DNA of 32,000 bases, taken from the NCBI RefSeq assembly GCF_000014785.1, contig NC_008340.1, forward strand, positions 2,670,001 to 2,702,000. The letters run 5' to 3'. Positions within the stretch are counted from its first letter, which is position 1; every line of letters starts with the position of its first letter. This stretch comes from Alkalilimnicola ehrlichii MLHE-1. Its GTDB lineage: Bacteria > Pseudomonadota > Gammaproteobacteria > Nitrococcales > Halorhodospiraceae. Position numbers and translations under genes: made by a program. The notes beneath the pieces were generated by a model. That model saw nothing but the letters and a program-made list of their open reading frames with translations. It made no database searches and had not been told where the DNA came from. Shown in pieces: positions 24,563 through 32,000 of the stretch.

Positions 24563-24766
24563 GGTGCAATCACGGAATCGGGAGCCCGCAATGGCGGAGT
24601 GCGGGGCCTTGCAATGACGACGAGACGACTCCTGGCAATGACAGCTTATTCAATATTTCCTTAACAGATCTCCGCATTTAATGAGCTCACGGGCGTAACG
24701 CCCGGGGCACCAGCTATTGCGGCCCATGGCTCTTGATTTCTGCCCACCAGTGGTAGAGTAAGGCTC

Positions 24767-25591
24767 ATGAACAACCTGCTCACGACCCTGCACACGGCGA
24801 TGGACGAGGCGGCCCATCGGGTGATGGCCATCTACGCCGATCCCGACCGCTTCGATACCCGGCGCAAGGCCGATGACAGCCCGGTCACTGCCGCCGATCT
24901 CGCCGCTCACGACTGCCTGGTGGCGCACCTGCGGGCGGTGGCGCCCGACATCCCGGTGGTGTCCGAGGAGGCGCGCCCGGCCCCTTGGTCGGAACGGCGT
25001 CATTGGTCGCGCTGCTGGATCATCGACCCGCTGGACGGAACCAAGGAGTTTCTCAAGCGCAACGATGAGTTCACCATCAATGTGGGACTGGTGGAGGGCG
25101 GCCAGCCGGTGCTGGGCATGGTGGACGCCCCGGCCCTGGGCGAGCGCTATTACGCCATACGCGGTGAGGGGGCCTGGCGCCAGAGCGCTGGGGCCGAGCC
25201 GCGAAGCATTCGGGTGGTGGAGCCGCCCCGGGCCGGCGACCGCCCCTGGCGGGTGGTGGGCAGCCGGTCCCATGCCTCGGCGGAGACCCAGGCCTTCATC
25301 GAGCAGCTTCCTGAGGTGGAGTTGGTGCCCATGGGCAGTTCCATGAAGGTCTGCCTGGTGGCCGAGGGCCGAGCCGATCTCTACGCCCGTCTGGGCCCCA
25401 CCGGCGAGTGGGATACCGCCGCCGCGCAATGCGTGCTGGAGGAGGCGGGCGGCTGCCTGCTGAGCGCTGAGACCGGCGAGCCGCTGCGTTACAACGAGCG
25501 CGAGTCGCTGATCAACCCCTGGTTTATCGCCTGCGCCCGCCCCGACCCCGCCTGGCAGTTGCCACACGTCCCCCTGGCCGAGGCCCGTTAA
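24767..25591 (+). CDS. cysQ: 3'(2'),5'-bisphosphate nucleotidase
   Basis: Inositol monophosphatase family motif WIIDPLDGTKEF. The length and overall sequence pattern match CysQ. Confidence 0.85.
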   Translation: MNNLLTTLHTAMDEAAHRVMAIYADPDRFDTRRKADDSPVTAADLAAHDCLVAHLRAVAPDIPVVSEEARPAPWSERRHWSRCWIIDPLDGTKEFLKRNDEFTINVGLVEGGQPVLGMVDAPALGERYYAIRGEGAWRQSAGAEPRSIRVVEPPRAGDRPWRVVGSRSHASAETQAFIEQLPEVELVPMGSSMKVCLVAEGRADLYARLGPTGEWDTAAAQCVLEEAGGCLLSAETGEPLRYNERESLINPWFIACARPDPAWQLPHVPLAEAR

Positions 25592-25671
25592 TCTCGATCG
25601 ATTACTAATCCCATCGTCTAGACTGATTATTGAGACTCGGATTCGATTGAGGCCGCCTGCACCCTCCCCGG

Positions 25672-26424
25672 GTGCGGGCCAAACAGGGGATGCAGCGCAT
25701 GGGGCAGGCACTGTCGCGGTTCGACGAGGACCTCCGCAAACTGGCGCGGTTTGTGGAGGAGACGGAATCGGCGGAGCGGGGGCTGACCCAGCTCTCGCAG
25801 CTGGTCAGCCATGCGATGGGCTGCCGGCACTGCTCCATCATGCTCGTCAAGCACGACCCGGACAGCGGCGAGCCGCAGCTGCGGGTGCAGGCGCACCACG
25901 GCGACCTGCCCGAGGCGGCCTACGACGACGCCCAGCCCCTCGGCAGCGGCATCGCCGGGCGCGTGGCCAGTTCCGGCAAACCGCTGCTCATCTCTGATGT
26001 GGACCACTCGGAGTTCGCCGGCCTGGCCCTGCGCCAGTCGGGGAAGGGCCCGGACAGCATCTCGGTACCCATCGTGCTGGAGGATGAGGTGGTGGGGGTG
26101 ATCAACGTGGACAGCCCGGAGGGCGGCCGGCGGCTGGGCGAGGATGACCTGCGGATGGCCTCGATCCTGGCCCTGGTGGTGGCCAAGTCGCTGCACATCC
26201 AGCGGCTGCGCGGGTTGCTCAAGACCCACTTCATCAAACTGGCCCTGGCCCGCGCCCGCGCCGAAGGCAACGGCCCGGTCACTCACGCCCCGGAAAAGGT
26301 CGCCAAGCTGATGGCCCGCACCCTCTACCAGGAGATGGACAAGGCCGGCTTCTCCCGCGACCACATCCTGACCGCCGCCACCGAGATCATCAGCCAAGTC
26401 AGCGACGCGATGGACACGCGCTGA
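25672..26424 (+). CDS. GAF domain-containing protein
   Basis: GAF-like core (…GIAGRVASSGKPLLISDV…SISVPIVLEDEVVGVINVDS…). The start is uncertain: GTG 25672, ATG 25690 or ATG 25699. Confidence 0.65.
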   Translation: MRAKQGMQRMGQALSRFDEDLRKLARFVEETESAERGLTQLSQLVSHAMGCRHCSIMLVKHDPDSGEPQLRVQAHHGDLPEAAYDDAQPLGSGIAGRVASSGKPLLISDVDHSEFAGLALRQSGKGPDSISVPIVLEDEVVGVINVDSPEGGRRLGEDDLRMASILALVVAKSLHIQRLRGLLKTHFIKLALARARAEGNGPVTHAPEKVAKLMARTLYQEMDKAGFSRDHILTAATEIISQVSDAMDTR

Positions 26425-26439
26425 CAGACTCTCCCCTCT

Positions 26440-26640
26440 CCGTCGTCGCGAAGGCCGGGTAAACACTCCCACCGTCATCGCGAGCCCCCCTTCCCCGCTG
26501 CGCGGGCCCGAATCAACGAGGAACGGGGCACCCCTGTCATCGCGAGGGCCGAAGGCTTTCCCCCCGTCATCGCGAGGGCCGAAGGCTTTCCCCCCGTCAT
26601 CGCGAGGGCCGAAGGCCCGTGGCGATCCAGGCGGCGCTCG
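26440..26640 (+). repeat. REP/BIME-like array 2 (three short half-site modules plus a truncated long module)
   Basis: GTCATCGCGAGGGCCGAAGGCTTTCCCC repeated, then …GGCCCGTGGCGATCCAGGCGGCG. Same family as array 1. Confidence 0.85.
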
Positions 26641-26661
26641 GCACGACCGCGGCATACACCG

Positions 26662-26997
26662 CTATCGGTCGCGGTGGTTAGGGTGATCCCGTTGCAGTTT
26701 ATCCAGGGCCCGCTTGACCGATCGTTGATGTGAGCGGCCCAAGGCACGACGGATTTCCAGGGTGCCCACACCAATCGCCAGCAGCGCCACCGGGGCCAGG
26801 ATGACGCCGATGAGCGCAATAATGCCGGCGACCTCATCACGCAGAGACAGCACCAACCCGGCTATCACCCCCACCGCCAGCCCGCCGGTGACTACCACCA
26901 GCACTTTGACACGAGGCGGTTGCTCCTTGACCCACCACAGCAGTGGCGCTACTAGCAATAACGCTAACAGTTCCCAGGAACTTTCCGGCAGAGTCAT
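26662..26997 (-). CDS. Small integral membrane protein, unknown function
   Basis: Three hydrophobic segments. Lies 9 nt downstream of the lipoprotein gene on the same strand and shares its lower GC. Confidence 0.5.
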   Translation of the reverse strand: MTLPESSWELLALLLVAPLLWWVKEQPPRVKVLVVVTGGLAVGVIAGLVLSLRDEVAGIIALIGVILAPVALLAIGVGTLEIRRALGRSHQRSVKRALDKLQRDHPNHRDR

Positions 26998-27006
26998 GGC
27001 GTTAGC

Positions 27007-28560
27007 TCATCCCTGGAAAACGAGTTGTCGCTGCTTTCGGTCCAATACCTCGTCCCCTCTGCGAAGTTCAGCGACCACGGTATCCCGCACGCCGGATTCT
27101 GCCCCGGGCACAGTCATGGCATACCTTTGATCAGGTTGGATAGAGAACGTCCGGCTTGCAGAATACCCGTCAGTCCCCTCTACACTGAAATGGATGCTCA
27201 TCTCCGGGGCCTCGTCACAATCGACCCCAAGCTCGATACGATATGACTGACCCCGGCCCGGGGCCGACGGACTCAAGATCAGCTCATGCAGATGCGCATC
27301 CTTTCCGTCTTCCAACTCCAACTCTACGACAGCCGGTTGGCTGCCCGGCTCCGCGATGGATACCGCACCTGTTTCCGTCGTGCCGGCACCGCTGTACCGC
27401 GCCTCTACCATCACGGGGAAGTTGTCGTCCGGCCCCTTACGCATGTGCACTAGATCATTGCCGGCCTTATACAGCTTGACGGTGCCGTCAATCATCCCCT
27501 TAACTTCGGTGATTACCTGCCACACTCGCTTGACTCGGGGTACATTCGCTAGCAGCAGGACCGGCAGCCCGATCTTCGGAAAGGCCAGCAATAACCGAGT
27601 GACCGCGGCCACAAGGGTCTTTTCGGTTACAGCAGAGGCAACCTCATTCAAGGCAAAATTAAGACCACCAGACGCCAGCACTTCGCCAACCGTGGGAAGG
27701 TCATCCAGGCCAACTTCACCATAGAAACCGTCCTTATCAACGTCGGGCTTCAAGTCGATATGGACGCTAGGCGGTCGCAGCCAGTCCAACGCGATTGGGG
27801 GCACGCCGGGGCCGAAGCTGACCCTTCCGTCAATCTGCATTGCAGCATCAGCAGCCACCACGGCGGTTGCCTTACCACTGAATACGAGTCCGCATGCGCC
27901 CCTGGCCTGAACCAATATCTGTTGGCTGCTAAAGCTGCTAGCGAACAGACTAGCTTGGCCCATGACTGAGCCGCTGTCCGCATTTAGCGTCTTGACGGTG
28001 ATCCCCTCACCACCACGGGGAGCGTGCATCAGAGTTGCAGCGTGGACCGCATTCCCATTGCCATCGTCCGCTTCTTCTGCTTCCTGCTCGGCCTTCGCTA
28101 GTGTACTGCTATACGATTCGCCCTTACCAAGGTCACTGAACGTGAAGGCAACGTCGTCCTCTAGCTGCTCCAACTGCAGCCTTATGCCAGCGTTTTCCAG
28201 TTGTAGATCCAAATGGTCATCATCGACGACCAGCACTGTATTGTTCATGGGATCTACAGGGTCATTGACGACAACACGCCGGATGGCAACCACATTACCC
28301 GCTTCGTCACGGTCACCATAATAATGCGTGTAGGCTCCCGCTTTGGACTCCATAAACAAGATGCGCCCTTGCGGGTCGTCTGGGTAGAACGTTAAGCCTG
28401 CCCCGAATACTTCATTCTCCTTTAGGGCGGGACCATCTCCCGATTCAGTAGACTCCTCGTCGGTAACACACCCCACCAACAATGGTATGACCGGCATTGA
28501 CAGGGTTCCTGTCAATGCCTGGAGCAGGCGACGCCTTATCTTGTTGACTTCCTTGCCCAT
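27007..28560 (-). CDS. Secreted lipoprotein of unknown function (twin-arginine-like signal plus lipobox)
   Basis: N-terminus KIRRRLLQALTG…PLLVGC. AGGAAGG SD lies 5 nt upstream of the ATG. G+C is clearly lower than in the flanks. Confidence 0.65.
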   Translation of the reverse strand: MGKEVNKIRRRLLQALTGTLSMPVIPLLVGCVTDEESTESGDGPALKENEVFGAGLTFYPDDPQGRILFMESKAGAYTHYYGDRDEAGNVVAIRRVVVNDPVDPMNNTVLVVDDDHLDLQLENAGIRLQLEQLEDDVAFTFSDLGKGESYSSTLAKAEQEAEEADDGNGNAVHAATLMHAPRGGEGITVKTLNADSGSVMGQASLFASSFSSQQILVQARGACGLVFSGKATAVVAADAAMQIDGRVSFGPGVPPIALDWLRPPSVHIDLKPDVDKDGFYGEVGLDDLPTVGEVLASGGLNFALNEVASAVTEKTLVAAVTRLLLAFPKIGLPVLLLANVPRVKRVWQVITEVKGMIDGTVKLYKAGNDLVHMRKGPDDNFPVMVEARYSGAGTTETGAVSIAEPGSQPAVVELELEDGKDAHLHELILSPSAPGRGQSYRIELGVDCDEAPEMSIHFSVEGTDGYSASRTFSIQPDQRYAMTVPGAESGVRDTVVAELRRGDEVLDRKQRQLVFQG

Positions 28561-28694
28561 TTTAGCCTTCCTTGTGTATTCATCAGATAATCCGAAATTG
28601 ATCCGGTCAGCGGAGTATAGCCCACAAGCAAACAGGTGAGAGGAGACTACGCTCCCTAAATCACAATGCTGTGGCCACGCGGGGTGCCAACCGC

Positions 28695-28895
28695 AGCTTG
28701 GACTGACGCGTCGCTTTGCTTCTCGCAGTGACGGGGGGAGACGCCATCCCCGTCATCGCGAGGGCCGAAGGCCCGCGGCGATCCAGGGCGGTAGACTGCC
28801 GCGTCGGCTTCGCCTCCTCGCAGTGACGGTGGGGGAGGTGGCCTCCTCGCAGTGACGGTGGGGGAGGTGGCCTCCTCGCAGTGACCGGTGGGGGG
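28695..28895 (+). repeat. REP/BIME-like array 3
   Basis: One full long hairpin module (28751-28826), a partial right arm upstream of it, and three tandem CCTCCTCGCAGTGACGGTGGGGGAGGTGG modules. Confidence 0.85.
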
Positions 28896-28918
28896 TGGTG
28901 CCGCCGCCCCCGGGGCGG

Positions 28919-30100
28919 TTACGCAGGGTCCAGTGTGCGTAACGTGTGCCGGGCGATCATCAGCTCTTCGTTGGTGGGGATGATGTAGGCCGGGATGCGG
29001 CTGTCGGTGGTGGTGATGCGCCCGGCGTTGTGGGCGTTGGCCTCCCGGTCCAGGGTGATGCCCAGCCAGCCCAGTTGCTCGCAGATGGCGGCGCGCACCG
29101 GGGCGGCGTTTTCGCCGATGCCGGCGGTGAAGACCAGGGCGTCCAGCCCGCCCAGGGCGGCGGTGAGGCTGCCCACCTCGCGCACGGCGCGGTAGACGTA
29201 GTACTCCACCGCCTCGGCGGCCTCGCGGCGGTCGCTCTCCAGGAGCTGGCGCATGTCGGCGCTGATGCCGGACAGGCCGAGCAGGCCGGAACGGCGGTAG
29301 AGCAGGTCCTCAATCTCAGCGGCGTTCATCCCTTCGTTCTGCAGCAGGTAGAGGATGACGCCCGGGTCGATGTTGCCGCAGCGCTGGCCCATGGGCAGGC
29401 CGTCCAGGGCGGTAAAGCCCATGGTGCTGGCCACGCTCTGCCCGCCGTGCAGGGCGCACATGCTGGCGCCGTTGCCCAGGTGGGCGACGATGGTGCGCCC
29501 CTCGGCGGCTTGCCGGTCATGATCTGGCAGCACGGAGGCGATGTACTCGTAGGACAGGCCGTGGAAGCCGTAGCGCAGGACCCCCTTGTTCTCGTACTGG
29601 CGCGGCAGGGCGAAGCGCTGGGCGACGCGCGGCTGCTGGCGGTGGACGGCGGTGTCGAAGCAGGCCACCTGGGGCAGATGCGGGCGGACCCGGGCCACGG
29701 CGTGGATGGCGCGCAGGTTGTGAGGCTGGTGCAGCGGTGCCAGTTCGCAGAATCCGTCCAGCCGCTCAAGGATGTCATCGGTGATCCGCACCGGGTGGCT
29801 GAACTCCGGCCCGCCGTGAACCACGCGGTGGCCGGCGCCGATCAGGTCATGGCCCTCCAGCCTTTCCTCGAGCCAGCTCAACGCCCGGTCCAGGGCCTCA
29901 TCATGCCCATCGGACTCCGGTAATTCCTCGTGCAGCAGGCGTTTGCCCTGGTCGTCCTTGATCTGCAGCGAGCCGATGCTGGCACCCAGACCGTCGGCCT
30001 GCCCCCGGTAGCAGGGGGTCGGCGCCCCGCCGGCCACGGTGTACAGCGCAAACTTGATGCTGGAGGAACCTGCGTTGATGACGAGCAGGGCCTGGGTCAT
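28919..30100 (-). CDS. ackA: Acetate kinase
   Basis: N-terminal LVINAGSSSIKFALY motif and full-length AckA-like sequence. GGAGG lies 6 nt upstream of the ATG. Confidence 0.92.
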   Translation of the reverse strand: MTQALLVINAGSSSIKFALYTVAGGAPTPCYRGQADGLGASIGSLQIKDDQGKRLLHEELPESDGHDEALDRALSWLEERLEGHDLIGAGHRVVHGGPEFSHPVRITDDILERLDGFCELAPLHQPHNLRAIHAVARVRPHLPQVACFDTAVHRQQPRVAQRFALPRQYENKGVLRYGFHGLSYEYIASVLPDHDRQAAEGRTIVAHLGNGASMCALHGGQSVASTMGFTALDGLPMGQRCGNIDPGVILYLLQNEGMNAAEIEDLLYRRSGLLGLSGISADMRQLLESDRREAAEAVEYYVYRAVREVGSLTAALGGLDALVFTAGIGENAAPVRAAICEQLGWLGITLDREANAHNAGRITTTDSRIPAYIIPTNEELMIARHTLRTLDPA

Positions 30101-30200
30101 GGGGGGCCTCCGCGTGGTTCGTACTGTTTATGGTTGAATCGTCATTGTGACGGGCAAGGCGTTGAAGTGATAGGTACGCTGCTGCTCGCCATGATGTTAT

Positions 30201-30888
30201 GGATTGCTTCGCTGCGCTCGCAATGACGGGGGTGGCACCTCCCCGGCCCTCTTGATGAACATGGCCAGACGCTGCGGGCGCCCCCTACCCTCACTGCGAG
30301 CGCGGCCCCACCCCCACCGTCACTGCGAGGAGGCGAAGCCGACGTGGCAGTCTACCGCCCTGGATCGCCGCGGGCCTGCGGCCCTCGCGATGACGGTGGG
30401 GGCGTATCCCCCGGCCCTCGCGATGACGGTGGGGCACCTCCCCCCGCCACTGCGAGGAGCGCAGCGACGTGGCAGTCCATGCGCTGCCTGGATCGCCGCG
30501 GGCCTGCGGCCCTCGCGATGACGGTGGGGGCGTATCCCCCGGCCCTCGCGATGACGGTGGGGCACCTCCCCCGTCACTGCGAGGAGCGCAGCGACGTGGC
30601 AGTCCATGCGCTGCCTGGATCGCCGCGGGCCTGCGGCCCTCGCGATGACGGTGGGGGCGTATCCCCCGGCCCTCGCGATGACGGTGGGGCACCTCCCCCG
30701 TCACTGCGAGGAGCGCAGCGACGTGGCAGTCCATGCGCTGCCTGGATCGCCGCGGGCCTGCGGCCCTCGCGATGACGGTGGGGGCGTATCCCCCCGGCCC
30801 TCGCGATGACGGTGGGGGCGTATCCCCCCGGCCTGCGCGATGACGGGGGGACGGCTCCCCCCGCCTAGCGATGACGGTCGGCGGCCTT
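30201..30888 (-). repeat. REP/BIME-like array 4: inverted orientation, four near-identical units of about 127-128 bp plus degenerate ends
   Basis: G[TC]CACTGCGAGGAG starts at 30318, 30446, 30573 and 30700. Units 30446-30572 and 30573-30699 differ at a single position by eye. This is the reverse complement of the array 1-3 consensus. Confidence 0.9.
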
Positions 30889-30891
30889 TCC

Positions 30892-32000
30892 TTAGAGATG
30901 AGCCAGGCCCTTGCGCTTGCGTTCGGCCACCAGCAGGGCGATGGCGCAGGAGGCCAGGCGGGCCACTACGTCGTCGGCGCGGCTGGTCAGCACGATGGGC
31001 ACCTTGGCGCCCAGCACGATGCCGGCGGCCTCGGCGTCCGCCAGGTAGTAGAGCTGCTTGGCCACCATATTGCCCGACTCCAAGTCCGGCACCAGCAGGA
31101 TGTCCGCCTGCCCGGCCACCTCGGAGCGGATGCCCTTGGTGCGTGCGGCAGCGCGGGAGATGGCGTTGTCGAAGGCCAGCGGCCCGTCCAGCAGGCCACC
31201 ATGGATCTGCCCTCTGTCGGCCATCTTGCAAAGCGCGGCGGCATCCAGGGTGGACTGCAGATCGGGGTTGACCGACTCGGTGGCGGAGAGGATGGCGGCG
31301 CGCGGCTCCGGGTTGTCCAGGGCGTGGGCCAGTTCGATGGCGTTCTGCAGGATGTCGCGCTTGGCCAGCAGGCCGGGGTGGATGTTGATGGCCGCGTCGG
31401 TGACCAGCAGCGGGCGCGGGTAGGTGGGCACGTCCATGCAGTAGACATGGCTGACCCGCCGCTCGGTGCGCAGGCCGTCGCGCCGGACCACCGCGCCCAT
31501 GAGCTCGTCGGTGTGCAGCGAGCCCTTCATCAGGGCCTCCACGTCGCGGTTCTTGGCCATCGCCACGCCCTGCTCCGCCGACTGGTGGCTGTGCTCGGTG
31601 GCCACCAGTTTGAATTGGGAGATGTCCAGTTCCGCCTCCTCGGCGGTGGCACGGATGCGGTGCTCCGGCCCCACCAGGATGGGCACCAGCAGGTTGTGTT
31701 CGGCGGCCCGCACCACCCCCTCCAGCGACAGGGCGTCCACCGGGTGGACCACCGCCGTGAGGATGGGGTCCAGGTCGTGGGCCAGGTCCAGCAGGCGTTT
31801 GAGCTGGCGGCGCTGGCGCCCCTTGGTCTGCAGCTCGGCCTCTGCCGGAGAGATCTGGGTGTGCTCCCGGCTGAGCTTCTCGGTGGGCGCACGCACGATG
31901 TAGATACCGCGCAGCACGTCCTCGCCATGTTCGTTCACACACTGGCAATCGAGCATCACCTGGCGGTCGCCCTGCTTCTCGTGGACCCGCACGGTGACGG
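30892..32000 (-). CDS. pta: Phosphate acetyltransferase, bifunctional MaoC-hydratase/PTA type; 5' end lies outside the window
   Basis: PTA_PTB-type domain (…VVHPVDALSLEG…LMKGSLHTDELM…LVTDAAINI…) preceded by the end of a hot-dog/MaoC-like segment. The frame stays open to the window edge. Adjacent to ackA. Confidence 0.85.
   Translation of the reverse strand, partial: VTVRVHEKQGDRQVMLDCQCVNEHGEDVLRGIYIVRAPTEKLSREHTQISPAEAELQTKGRQRRQLKRLLDLAHDLDPILTAVVHPVDALSLEGVVRAAEHNLLVPILVGPEHRIRATAEEAELDISQFKLVATEHSHQSAEQGVAMAKNRDVEALMKGSLHTDELMGAVVRRDGLRTERRVSHVYCMDVPTYPRPLLVTDAAINIHPGLLAKRDILQNAIELAHALDNPEPRAAILSATESVNPDLQSTLDAAALCKMADRGQIHGGLLDGPLAFDNAISRAAARTKGIRSEVAGQADILLVPDLESGNMVAKQLYYLADAEAAGIVLGAKVPIVLTSRADDVVARLASCAIALLVAERKRKGLAHL

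Noticed and set aside
24021-24591. ORFs of 118-139 aa inside repeat array 1, with similar ORFs at 30204..30809 inside array 4
   Set aside because: They are translations of the tandem repeat in several frames and on both strands (…VIARAEGPWRS…, …SLRGAQRRGSP…). They have periodic identical segments and no start context. They are spurious.
25659-25675. GCACCC-tcccc-GGGTGC hairpin after cysQ, considered as a terminator
   Set aside because: The stem is only 6 bp, there is no T-run, and it overlaps the possible GTG start of the GAF gene. It cannot be distinguished from chance in GC-rich DNA.
30201-30888. CRISPR array, considered because of the regularly spaced direct repeats
   Set aside because: There are no unique spacers, since the whole 122-128 bp period is repeated almost identically. 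The repeats are internally self-complementary in a composite REP-like way. No cas genes or leader are present in the window.
30701-31948. 415-aa minus-strand ORF in an alternative frame of pta (and 30987..31448)
   Set aside because: The pta frame (30892..32000) has clear PTA family sequence. The alternative frame is Arg/Gly/Pro-rich and runs into the repeat array.

Overview
Densely coding, high-GC bacterial chromosomal window; typical 60-nt lines I hand-counted are about 70-77% G+C. Many long antisense ORFs in the track are GC artefacts. From 1 to 23.8 kb it is an accessory surface-glycan and biosynthesis region. The plus-strand operon is GT2 fragment, fused ABC exporter, ATP-grasp-like protein and HemN-like radical SAM. 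It converges, with 44 bp of overlap, on a long minus-strand operon running from 13.65 kb down to 4.85 kb. That operon is: unlisted 53-codon ORF, HExxH-motif protein, second ATP-grasp paralog, IPMDH-family dehydrogenase, isochorismatase-ALDH fusion, methyltransferase, Rieske oxygenase, GT-B glycosyltransferase. Next comes a plus-strand GT4 plus SpsF/SpsG/SpsE-like (cytidylyltransferase, PseG-like, NeuB-like) nonulosonic-acid cassette with an orphan ORF. After that is a minus-strand operon of a Big_2/PKD lipoprotein, a 2-TM protein and a DUF563/GT61-like transferase. From 24 to 32 kb the genes are housekeeping (cysQ, a GAF protein, ackA, MaoC-pta). They are separated by four tandem arrays of a hairpin-forming REP/BIME-like composite repeat (period about 122-128 bp), and a lower-GC two-gene island (Tat-lipoprotein plus small membrane protein) sits between two of the arrays. 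The best candidate for an undescribed system is the small ORF at 13492..13653 (-) with its HExxH and ATP-grasp neighbours. It looks like a RiPP-type or peptide-scaffolded pathway with an enzyme set I cannot match to a known class. All family calls rest on motifs read by eye and on recall. No searches were run.
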